Part shown: piece after piece, positions 1 to 12,045 of the stretch
How the letters are laid out: each line of letters starts with the position of its first letter
Position numbering within the stretch: the first letter of the stretch is position 1
Assembly (NCBI GenBank): GCA_051294905.1
Contig: CM119372.1
Location: forward strand, 29,514,001-29,578,000
Origin: Botryllus schlosseri
Taxonomy: Eukaryota
Reading direction: 5' to 3'
DNA length: 64,000 nucleotides
Notes under the pieces: model-generated
Told to the model about the DNA's origin: nothing
Seen by the model: only the letters and a program-made list of their open reading frames with translations
Database searches by the model: none
Program-made: the position numbers and the translations under genes

Positions 1-189
1 GAAACTAAGCAGCTAACACAATGACTTATACTCTGGCTCGAGTCATAATACCATAACTCGGACTCGGCCCTCTGCTCGCTGACTTGGACTCGGACTTGAC
101 TCGGTGGTGGAATTGAAAATGACTCGAGTCAAAACTATAAAAGTGAAATTGACTTGCGACCCGGAGCCTTGTGACTTGGTTACAACCCT

Positions 190-1693
190 GGCATGAAGCC
201 TCAATAGTTACATGAGTGGGGTGACTAGACAAAGAACACAGTCACATTTGCAGCATATCATGAATGTCTCTTACTATATGTGATCTTGTTCAAATGGAGG
301 TTGATGAAAGTGTATTTCCCATTCTTTCCGACTCTGCTATAATTACACCAGACTGGCGACCTTCTTCATGATGCTTCTTGCTGACTGACCAATATTGTCG
401 CCGCCAACGGTACGAGCGCAAATGTCTGATATGTCAATATAGGAACAGAATTAGTTGACTGTTCATGACCGTCCACGCTCAGAGTTATAAGCCTAAATAT
501 AATCCAAGCAATACGATCGTCCACTTTGACTGACTGAATTTCTAAAAATAATAAACATAACACCTTGATAGTTTCCACATCTTACGTTTATATATACCGT
601 CTGCTATCGGCACAACAAAGTATTTAAAAATAACAAAACAGATTCAACATACCACATATCTTGCAAAGGCTTTTGCTTTCATTCAATATGTCATCAAACT
701 TCTTTAAATCCTCCTTTGTGGTGAGTGGCTTTGGAATTCTTCTAGGATCAATTCCGATATCGTTTTATCATATACAATCTATGGCGGAATAAAAGTTTCG
801 GATAAGTTCTAAAACGAACACAATTTTCCACACAAAAGTCAATTGCCATACGAAATGCCAAATGCTACGGTCCCATGTTATGTCTACGCCTGGTTTGAAG
901 AAAGTCAAACAGCTCTAGGCGTCATATACTACAGGCAATTCGAAATACCCCATAAGCTATATGCTACTGCATATATACCTTTTACCCGCTACCTCATTCA
1001 GTCACAATTCCTATATATTTACGGCATTTACCATACAGAAAGAGCGAACTATGCCTGGCTGCTACCTGTTGCGAGTCAAATCTTTGTCACGCGCGATGAC
1101 GTAAATTTGAGTCGCCGATATATTCTAGAAGTCACGCATCGATAATCATATTCCTAAACGTACAACATCTCACTTATTTAGTTATTCTCTGGATAAAACT
1201 ATTATCCATACTCGTTGAACATACGAGATTACCGAAAGAGCGAATATATATCTAATGAAGATCATATATATCAGAAGAAAACGAAACTGTTCGGCCTTAG
1301 AGCAACAACACGAATATTCAACACCGGTGACATCCTCACGCAATAAAACGAAGGTAGAACATTGTTTTCTAATGGATATAACGAAGCTACCGCTTGAGAT
1401 CGAACAAAACCGGATAGTGATTTATCGTTATTGAATGTAACACAAACATTATCCTTTCTACGTCTTTTAGACATACCCGCAAGCGATGGAAAATTCGCAT
1501 TATTAGGTTAACAACGCGATATAATGAAGTCTAACGCATGCCATGGAACAACACCGAGTTGGAATTTATTCTGATTGAATATAACCACAAGACAACCCTA
1601 CTACGTATTTTAGGCATTCTCCCGACACTTAGAAAATCAGAACCTAATCGAGATGATCCCGGATTATCCTTTTACGGTTTTGTGTTTGCTGGG
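190..1693 (-). mobile_element. CMC/EnSpm-like DNA transposon, copy A (one terminus at 1693; other end not located, left bound approximate)
   Basis: Ends in TGTGTTTGCTGGG (1681-1693), the reverse complement of the CCCAGCAAACACA terminus at 1881. 459-875 and 900-1693 are near-duplicates of 4511-4905 and 6712-7503. Confidence 0.65.
275..808 (-). pseudogene. Two decayed exons (653-808, 275-425) of a DUF4806-like transposon accessory gene
   Basis: Both segments are flanked by AG...GT on the minus strand. They translate, with stops/frameshift, to IPKPLTTKEDLKKFDDILNES and RTVGGDNIGQSARSIMKKV...WCNYSRVGKNGKYTFINLHL. These resemble DUF4806 motifs (PL.T.E.L..F...L; GG......R.IM; YS..GK.GK..F..L). Confidence 0.6.
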
Positions 1694-3846
1694 TTGCTAC
1701 CAAGGCAAAACCAATACTTGAGTACTCCAAAATGTACAAGTACTTCGCTATCGACTCAAAAGGTAGTTTTCTATCTACTCTACAAAATCGGTTCTGTAAG
1801 ACTTTAGTACATTGGAAAAGTATTTGAGTCTAAAAATATTAATCCCCATAAAACGTACTGGATGCGGGGTTCGAAGCCTACCCAGCAAACACAGTACAGA
1901 CCAAAGATGTAGAAAAGCCGAGCCGATATAGTAGATATTAGATCTCGGCAGGTCGTAGAAAGGGGGATTTTGTGTCGACTCAATTCAACGTCTTTTCCAT
2001 GTCCTTCAATAATGAAAATATTATGCAGATGCTACAGCCTTTAAACATGGTGAGTAGAATGTAGATCCTACGTTAGAAGAAGAAGATCCTGATATAATAA
2101 CCTGTTTTCTACCACTATGGGCTTAACCTGATCACGGCTGCGTACACACACCACATTATTTACTACATATTAATCATTTGTGATAATTTAATTTCAAACG
2201 AATTGGCAATAATGCCGTTGTAAAAAATAAAACGAACAAACGAACGAATGTCTTTAGAAAGAAAGTGAAAACAGTCCTTATCATCAGGTTTCATCTTCTG
2301 ATGAGCCAGTTAAATAACCAGCATGCGGCCTTTTTTTTCAACACCCTGCAGAAATAAAATGAAAATGATGATTAATAGCTAAGACATTCGTACTGCGAAA
2401 ATGGCAGAGGTAGCGACTAACGAATGACTCCTACATTTTTTTTGCCCATACTTACTAAAATGGATTCGATTCTGAACTATTTCCACTCAAGTTTTCAAGT
2501 TTTATTATTATATTTTTTAATATGACTAGAGAACTGACTTCAATCGTCACTTCTACTTGATTATCAAGATCAACGATGACTACTTCAGCACTCTTTGAAA
2601 ACAGCCACCAACACAAAAAGAATTCTTGACTAAAATTTCTTCACATTCTGTCCAAAATGATCAATTCAACAATCCAAATGAATCAGTTATTTGGCAGCTA
2701 GTTGGAGAGATATATACTCAAGTCTAGAAAGTGGAATGATACTCTGCCTGGAAAGCTGAAGACCTAACAATATTGTGTACAGAGAACAAAACATTTGAGT
2801 GGCGGCACTGGTATAGACATTAATAAATTATTAGAATTGACAGCAAGATAACCAGCAAGACATTAAAATGAGAATTAGTGCAGTTTCTTAGGCTGTAGTG
2901 ATACTCAGCCAGTAATTGACCTAGCAGAGAGCAAAACGTTGTAAATAAAGCGAGCGAAACCTCCGACAAATGATACGATAAAACATTAGAATCGACAGTC
3001 TTACTAGAAGCAGAATAACAATCATGAGGGGTTAGAGAACAGAAGCCCGGGAAGTGACCATCAGAAATTACTGCATACTGGCCGAACAAATCCATGACCA
3101 CTAACAAATGGTCTTTCAATAGTCAATATTGATACCAAATGACACCACCCCTATTTCATAGCAACATTTAGCAAATACAGCGCTGGAGTCAACCTTATAT
3201 AAGCCCTAACCAAACGACCATTAGTTTTCCCACCTACTACTTCGCGGATGGAAATACGCATTAAAGCGAACGGACGCGAATTGTCACACTCTTGCTATTT
3301 CTGCTCCTTTTTTCTCTTCGTTCCTCTTCTCTGTCGCTTCCGCTTGAGGAGAGAAACAGTCGGCCGCGTTTACGGATCGTGAATTCCCGGTGGGTGATTC
3401 TTCCTCGAACGGTCAGCACCTTGAAAATTGAGAACAATGTTGATGCAAAATGCATGACAATTTGAAAGTTACATCATTCTAATTATTCCAGTTATGGCCG
3501 TGAATCGTTACAAGTGAGGTAACCATAAGAATTATTACTATACTTCAACTACAAATACAATATATTGTATAAAATGATTACCAATTCTTTTACGTTGATC
3601 GAGTCCCAAATAGATGAAATATGTCAAAGAATTTGCTAAATTTTTGTATAATTCGACAGATTCCGAAATCTTCTCAAAGTGCACCTTTCAAAAATTTGAT
3701 ATCAAGACTCCCAACATTTTACAATTCGAAGTTGGATGGCTTTACCAATACAAGCAAACAGTTTGTATCGCAATTGACAATTATGTAGAGAACGCTGCGA
3801 GACATATGAGTAGGCCTACCCTAAAACGTTTCTCTGACATGGACAT

Positions 3847-4510
3847 TAGGGCTCTTAAAATATGACTTTTTTCTCAAATCGTTCTGGCTACTTGATAAAA
3901 TTGTTAGGTTACCTAATTTAAGCCTAAACACAAAATTTGGTTCAATTCCAGCCAGTAACCGCTTTGCTACAGGAGAAGAAAGTTTCTATTCATTATATAA
4001 AAATAAATAGGTAATAAAAATTTGAAAATTTTCTGTTCACCCCATGAAAGTGTTAGGCTGTCTATAGAAACGATGCTCACCAAATTTGGTTCAATTCCAA
4101 CCAGTGGAAGCGGAGATATTGCCGTCGAAAAATTTGGATTTGAATAAAACAGTATTTACGGTGACCGATTCTTTGTTTACTTATTAAAGTTGTGCTCACC
4201 GTAAGTACTATTTTATTAAAATCCAAATTTTTCGACAGCAATAACTCCGCTTCCACTGGTTGGAATTGAACCAAATTTGGTGAGCATCGTTTCTATAGAC
4301 AGCCTAACACTTTCATGGGGTGAACAGAAAATTTTCAAATTTTTATTATTTTTTTTTATATAATAAATAGAAACTTTCTTCTCCTGTAGCAAAGCGGTTA
4401 CTGGCTGGATTTGAACCATATTTTGTTTGTAGGCTTAAATTAGGTAACAGAACAATTTTATCAAGTAGCCAGTACGATTTGAGAAAAAAAGTCATTTTTG
4501 AAGAACCCTA
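3847..4510. mobile_element. 664-bp palindromic MITE with TAGGG termini (hAT/hATm-type), uninterrupted copy
   Basis: Almost the whole element is an inverted repeat (arms of ~315 bp around a short spacer near 4165-4195). A second copy at 50091-55690 has an 8-bp TSD. Confidence 0.9.
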
Positions 4511-4920
4511 CTGTTCATGACCGTCCACGTTTAGAGTTGCATCTCAAAGATGCTAAAATAAGCCTAAATATAATCCAAGCAATACGATCGTCCACTTTGA
4601 CTGACTGAATTTCTAAAAACACCTTGATAGCTTCCACATCTTACGTTTATATATACTGTCTGCTATCGGCACAACAAAGTAGGCCTATTTAAAAATACCA
4701 AAACAGATTCAACATACCACATCTCTTGCAAACTTCTTTAAATCCTCCTTTGTGGTGAGTTGCTTTGGAATTCTTCTAGGATCAATTCCGATATTGTTTT
4801 ATCATATACAATCTATGGCGGAATAAAAGTTTCGGATAAGTTCTAAAACGAACACAATTTTCCACACAAAAGTCAATTGCCACACGAAATGCCAAATGCT
4901 ACGGTCTCATTTTACAAGGT

Positions 4921-6090
4921 ATGGCGAGGAAACGTAGTGGTACGTTCCATTATAGCTAAACACCAATGAATTGCGGGTTCTAGCGTGACACGTCGACTCC
5001 ATAATTCCTACCGAAGTGTTGGCCGTTTATCTAGGCTACTCCTCGCCATCTGATTCGCATAGATATGTCTTAAAAAGCCTAGGAGTGGGCCGTGCTGTAA
5101 GTGGGCAGATGGTTTCCGATGCACCCGGCACTTGGTGAATTCGGCCGCACAAACTCGGCACTTGGTGAATTCGGCCCTCGGGAAATTTTGAATTGAAGTG
5201 TATTTACAGCTATTAATATGAATTATCAAACTAATAATAGTATTATCAAGTGATTCGTCAATCTTGTAAGGAGGTCAGGGCATCCGTAGAACGCGCAGTC
5301 ACGGCGTGATTAGATCACGGATTGCGTAGCCACGGGAAATAACACAGCGCTCATATACCGACCACGCGCGGTCTGCTTGGAATCGATAGCGTGAGTCACG
5401 GGCCTGTGTCGTGTAAGTTTTGAGAAGATGGATCTTGGCGTTGTATGTGAGATCAAAACTGTGGAACATCAAGCGGCGCTTCTTCGTTTATCGATCACGA
5501 CAAGCCAGTGTTCCTCATCAACAAATGTTTCGCATGATCACGTCAAAATAAATTATTTTTTGCCTTTGGAGAGACGATTCCACTCTGGGATTAGGGTGTC
5601 TCGATAACACGGTTGAAGGATCCCAAGATTACGAGATCTACCACGAGCCACGACACGTTTAAATTTCCTTTTTGATACTGTTCATTCATACTAAATGCAT
5701 TTCTAATGCGAAGGTGTTCTAGTGCCAATTCCTCCAAGGGCCGAGTTCACCAAGTGAAGAGCGTCGCGTTATTTCCCGCAATTACGCAATCTGTGATCTA
5801 ATCACGCCGTGACTGTGTGATCTACGCATGCCCTGACCGCCGTACAACATTGACAACCACTCAAAGTGCCAAGTTCACCGGCAAACATTCCAGTAACCAA
5901 TCATGGTGACCGGTACCGCTACGAGATCTACCACGGCCGAATTCACCAAGTGCCGAGTTTGTGCGGCCGAATTCACTAAGTGCCGAGTTCACTGGTAATC
6001 GGGCAGATACGGAATAATAATAAGAACCGGCCTGGTGTAAAATGACCAGTGTAGTCGAACCACCACCATGAACACCACAAACAAACAAAT
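4921..6090 (+). mobile_element. Diverged tRNA-derived SINE copy split by a MITE
   Basis: 4921-5110 plus 6001-6090 align with the SINE at 12104-12385. Confidence 0.75.
5111..6000. mobile_element. MITE with long imperfect TIRs (possibly MULE-like)
   Basis: Direct repeat GGGCAGAT at 5103-5110 and 6001-6008. Subterminal CGGCACTTGGTGAATTCGGCC repeats are inverted at the two ends. Confidence 0.75.
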
Positions 6091-9000
6091 AAACATCTAA
6101 CAAGGAAAAGAAATTACCTTTGCAGCCTTTGACAAACACAGTTACCATTGAAACCAGCAATTAAGGTCTTATTCGAAAGCAGAATAACAACTGTTTTAGT
6201 GGACATATCAAATCAAATGTTGGAAAGTTCATGTAAAATAGCCCAAAATATTATCTTACTGTGACCATATTTCATCAATATGGTCTGGCTAGCCAAATTC
6301 TCTGGGCCAACATAATCAAGCTGCGTTTGGTTTCAACGATTAATAATCTTGTCACTGGATTCGAGGTATAATTGCACTCAAATATCAAATTTTGCTCCAT
6401 TAATCAACATCAAGTTGAAAATGTCCATTCTTGCACCAACTTTTATAAAATCATGAATCAGTGTTCTACAGGAATGTATCTATATGACTTATATACCTAG
6501 AAAATTCAAGCATAAATATTATGATATACCGTAGGTATAGGTACCGGTAATTCAGATGTTTGAAGCGAATTATAGTGGTCTAATTTCACTAAATTAGAGC
6601 GAAATGCCAGCAATATAATTGTAATCTAATTCGGAAAAACGGTTTAGCTCTAATTCTAACCTGGAAAAGCTGAAACTTTTCTATAGTTATCTACACCTGT
6701 TTTGCAGAAATAAGTCAAACAGCTCTAGGCGTCATATACTACAGGCAATTCGAAATACCCCATAAGCTATATGCTACTGCATATATACCTTTAACCCGCT
6801 ACCTCAGTCAGTCACAATTCCTATATATTTACGGCATTTACCATACAGAAAGAGCGAACTATGCCTGGCTGCGACCTGTTGCGCTTCAAATCTTTTTATG
6901 GCGCGATGACGTAAAATTTGAATCGCCGAAATATTCTAGAAGTCACGCATCGATAATCATATTCCTAAACGTACAACATATCACTTATTTGGTTATTCTC
7001 TGAATAAAACTATTAACCATACTCGTTGAACATGCGAGATTACCGAAAGAGCGAATATATATATAATGAAGATCATATATATCAGAGGAAAACAAAACTA
7101 TTCGACCTTAGAGCAACAACACGAATATACAACACCGGTGACATCCTCACGCAATAAAACGAAGGGAGAACATTGTTTTCTAATGGATAGAACGAAGCTA
7201 CCGCATGAGATCGAACAAAACCGGATAGAATTCATCGTGATTGAATGTACCGACAAAGTCATCCTTTCTACGTATTTTAGTCGTACCCGCGAGAGATAGA
7301 AAATTTGCATTATTAGGTTAACTACCGGATATAACGAAGCCTAATGCATGAGATGGAACTACACCGAGTATGAATTTATTCTGATTGAATATAACCACAA
7401 GACCATCCTACTACGTATTTTAGACATTCCCTCGACACTTAGAAAATCAGAACCTAATCGAGATGATCCCGGATGATCCTTTTACGGTTTTGTGTTTGCT
7501 GGGTAGACTAATAAGAGGACCGTGATTGAAAATAGACGGAGGATCACTGGATTAAAGTTTACTGAATACCCCGCAATGTAAAATTAGTATATACTATAGA
7601 AAATCAGGAGTGTAAAAGTCTTTAGTGCATCAGAATAGTGTAGTTTTCTATCGACTTTACAAAAGTCATACGATTTTTCTTGTTGCGTTCCTGGATAAAA
7701 TGTAATATTTCACGCTTTTTAATTTTATTTATTATTTTCAGTTATCTGGCCAACTATATCTTTAATACTTACTTTTTTACTTGTTGGAGATCTGCACTTC
7801 CAGTACTTTAGTAGAAATTTAGTGATAATAAAATGTTGGAACGTACTTTTTTCATTGCCCTGGATGAGAGGTGTCAGTTTCACAAACTTACCCGACAGCA
7901 TCAGGTATTGGCGATGGAGAAAGCTAAGCACTAATCTAGTAGATAACCTCTCGAATTGGTATTTTCTAATACCTCATTCCCATAGGCGAAATTGCAAACC
8001 TTGATCTCAGCTACGGGGAGAACATTAGCTTTACGCAACTTGGGACTATTATTTCGAGCGATCTGACTTATTTGCCACTTCCGAACTCGCACTTGCACTC
8101 ATCAGGTGGTCACCGAATTTTTCGATTAGTTTATATTCCGAATTTTATTTAAAGCTGAAACTGTTAAGTACTACCAAAAGTGTTATAAAATGTGAAAAAG
8201 TGTAAAAGTAGAATTATTATTATATGTCATGAATAATTTTGCCTGCTTGCCCTATACTATTGAAAACATGAGTTAATTAACATCATCATCAGTATATTTT
8301 ATGTCAAGAATTGTATAGCATTTTATGTGGGTGCTCCGGGGTGCTCTTCATTGAGTGTCCGTGTTGGGGAGATAATTTTTATATTTCATTGAAATTAGTA
8401 TTCATTTTACAAAAACATCGTGTAAAGGTAAAGTAGCCTACTTGTACATTTCGGAGTACTCAAGTGTATAAGTTTTGTCAGCTTATTATATGCTCAGTAT
8501 ATTATATGTCAAGAATTGTGGAGCATTCATGTGGGTCTCCAGGGTGCTCTTCATTGAGTGTCAGTGGTGGGCGATAAGTTTAATTCGCAAAATTACTGTG
8601 TTCAAATCAGGCCTGTCGCCAACATAGTGATGTCGCATTAGCCCTAAATACACATAATAGAATATCAAGGAAAAGTATCATCTAATGCAGTGGTTCCCAA
8701 CCTTTTTCGGTGGCAGGGCCAAATTTAGAATTTCAGAGTACGGTCGGGGCCGCACGAATACCAGGGCAATGAAAGGAACCCAAAATAGTCACCAAAATAT
8801 GAAAATTCGCATTGTCCCGATCATTCTCTTGACGCCATTGGCCATTGTGTTGCCGCGCTCCGGTTGTTCAGAACAATCAACCTTTGCTGGCTATTTCGGA
8901 GTAGTTTTATTGCCCTGGCTAGATTTCAATTCGTATTTTTGGAATCAGTGCGACACCTCCTTTCGATAAACACCGTCATATCAAATTATTCGGACGCTTG

Positions 9001-9119
9001 GGTCGCGAGCTATAGGACTACCAATTATGCTGTTTTTTTGCCCGCTAAGCAGTACGCATCTCGACGTATTTAATCGTGAGTCACTTGTTGCACATCTATC
9101 CGTAAATTAGTTATCAATA

Positions 9120-10310
9120 CCCAGATCCGTTACAGCACTTCGTCACCCCCCCCCCCCAACGTTGCACTTGGCACCTTCAGGCTAGATGGCTGTTTACCGC
9201 TATTTATCATCTAAATCGGGCGTCCATTTTATGCAGCTTCTCTCGAGTAATCGCGCGAGGCGCGAAAAATTTCTATAATCCATGATTGAATCGGTCAATA
9301 TAATCGAGAATTGAAAATATGTTGGTATCAATTTTTATCCTCCCTCTCCTCACGTAATCAGATTGACCGGTTGAGTCAAGTGAGTTGTGATTGAAAAAAT
9401 AGGACCACTCAATAATAATTTACCATCTTCGGGCGTATACCCGTTGGCAGGAACGAAACATTACTTCGTCAGGCCCCTCAAAACACTTAGGTCTTGAGCT
9501 CCAATAGGGTGATAAACCAACCCCCCGTCACGTTGTTCGCTTCTGCCACGAAATCAGGATCACCGTTTAGTGAGCCAGCGTGGAGCGCGAAAATTTTCGA
9601 TAATTCAAAATAAAATTGGTCAATAAGATCGGGAATTGGATATATATTGCTATCAATTACTTATCCTCTCTGCTCACGTAATTATATTTACCGGTAGAGC
9701 TGAGTGAGGTGTTTTGGAAACTGTAGGGCCCGTAAATAATAATTAAACATATTCGGACGGACGGACCCGTTGGTACGACTTCGTTACATAATGTTATTTC
9801 GTGACCTCCTGTCTGCTATATCAAAAAATATAGAATCGCCCAAACGTACTAAACTAAAAGATGCACACAATTTCAAATTGGTAGTTCTTCACTGGCATAT
9901 AATTCTTCCCTGTGGGATGGTAGCCTATTTGTCTCGTGAGGATCAGATTGCCAAGACAGGAATATTCGGGGCCAGTCATTTAGGCGCCTATGGTCAATTA
10001 TACCTATATGTATTCTGTATATACATAACGAAGTTTCCGGTCGGCGTAAGGGCAGTCCTTTTCGGCCAAGGTTTTCTCGCTGTCGATCGTTCTGGCACAC
10101 TTCTTGGAGTCGCATGGCCTAAAACTTTATATGTCTTCGTGCGTCGTGCCGCGGTAATGGCCAACGCCGATATGCCCACTTCTATAAATCTTCCGTATTT
10201 TATCTTAGTGGAAGAGTATCCAAAAATGAAGGTACTTGGAAACTTGAAATCGCGCACGGCGCGAAACATTTTTGAAAAAGTTGCATAAAATTTCATAAAA
10301 TACTTGGGCC
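9120..10310. repeat. Old dispersed repeat family with an internal ~335-bp tandem duplication
   Basis: 9250-9470 resembles 9580-9785. Related segments occur at 24040-24525, 31160-31680 and 59940-60560. A shared start motif GCACTTCGTCA.CCC occurs at ~9135, ~12561 and ~24060. Confidence 0.55.
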
Positions 10311-10866
10311 TTCGTAATGGACTCTTATGGACGCGGCGTTGTGTCGTACTTTGAGACCCCCATGTGGTGGTGACTCGTATTGAAAACTCGTGGTGGTGAT
10401 TCGTACTTTCAGACACCACCCACGGCGGTGATTCGTAATGGTCTCTTATGGGTGTGTTGTTGTGTCGTACTGTCAGGTATAGGCTGCGTTGGTGTGTCGT
10501 ATTGAAAACTCGTGTTGGTGAGTCGTACTTTCAGGTATAGGCTGCGTTGTTGTGTCGTATTTTCAGGTATGGCCGCCGGTGAAGTGGTGCTGAATATGTT
10601 TCAAGTAAAGTCAACCTCTATTCCAGAGGTGTGAAACATATAGCAATCGCGTAAATAATCCGAATCAAACCTGAAAATTGATCCAGTCAAGTAATATTAA
10701 GGTTACGGAAATGTTATAGAATCAAGATTAGAGTTGGACCAGCAAGCGACAATTTGTTGGTATCCGATTCACCGCCGATGGCGGTCTGTTATTCGTTACC
10801 CTGGTGAGCGATCGGTATGTCTGTAAAAGCAAGTCACGAGAGATGGCTACGTCTGAGGTGTTATCC

Positions 10867-11275
10867 CAGTGGCGAGCAACATCCAGCCCGCGGGCCGGAT
10901 TCGGCCCGCCACCGGATTTTGTCCGGCCACCGGATTTCGCCCTCGGCAAGCTGGTCACAAACTACCGTCAAATTGCCTTTAGCCAAATGGAAAGTGTGAC
11001 GTAGATGAATTTCACTGAACCGTGAGATTTGCTTGTGTCCACACCATATAGGACACAATGATTCTCAAATCCATTCTCAAAATGTTTTCGTCATTATCGG
11101 CGGGAATTGGCTTTGAAGTAGTGACGTTGCTGTCGTTAAAATACATTCATTAAATACGATTTATTCATTGTATGTGGATAAATGGGCTAATAATGTATCG
11201 ATTCAGCAATCCGGCCCGCTAAGTACTTGATTTTCCTATATCCGACCCGCCGACTGGAGAAGTCGCCCGCCCCTG
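10867..11275. mobile_element. hAT (Charlie-like) MITE
   Basis: CAGTGG...CCCCTG termini; TSD TGTTATCC at 10859-10866 and 11276-11283. Confidence 0.8.
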
Positions 11276-12045
11276 TGTTATCCTGTGAGCGACCGTAGGA
11301 TTTTACAAATATTTCACACCTTTTTGAATAAGCGTTAACTTCGCAAAGGATTAGCGAATCGAAAGTGACAATTTGTTGGTATTCAAGTCACCGCCGGTGG
11401 CGGTTCTGTTATTCGTTACTTATTATACTTATCAATTAGAGTTAGAACATAAAGCATCAAGTTGTTGTTTTCGAATCTTGATGTCGAGGTGGTAAATTTA
11501 CGCATATTTACGCGGATACGATTCAACTTCGGTTGTGTATTGAGCGAGAGATCGATATGTCTGGGGGCATTATCTTGTCTGCGGTTGTAGGATTTTGCAA
11601 ACTATTTCACACCTTTTTGAAGTGTTAGTTTGCGAGCGCGGTTATTGTTGGTATTCGATTCGCCGTCTACGCCGGCTCTGTGACAAGCTAATTACCAAAA
11701 TATTACCTTGTGAGGTATTCCTACCTGTGTAACACCAAACCATGGGAGATTTTGCAACACCTTTTTGCTGAAAGTACGTCATGCCAATGCAGCCTATACC
11801 TGAAAGTACGCAATGCCACCGCGGCCATAAGAATAACGGTATAATTATGTCACAATCACCGTAAACGTTGGGATTAACTCGAATCGGTCATATATAGTAA
11901 TCTGGGATAAACACATTACGCAAGGATCAATCACGTGATCAATATACTTGTAACATATTCAGCACCACTTCACCGCCGGCCATACCTGAAAGTACGACTC
12001 ACCAACACGAGTTTTCAATACGACACACCAACTCAGCCCTATACC

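Larger units (their letters stand above)
1881..7503 (-). mobile_element. CMC/EnSpm-like non-autonomous element, copy B, carrying nested insertions
   Basis: TIR CCCAGCAAACACA at 1881 and TGTGTTTGCTGGG ending at 7503, flanked by TA on both sides. Shares sequence with copy A. Confidence 0.65.

Noticed and set aside
9770..10419. 172-aa (+) and 141-aa (-) ORFs as genes
   Set aside because: They start at non-ATG codons, span repeat boundaries, and are not kept open in sister copies.
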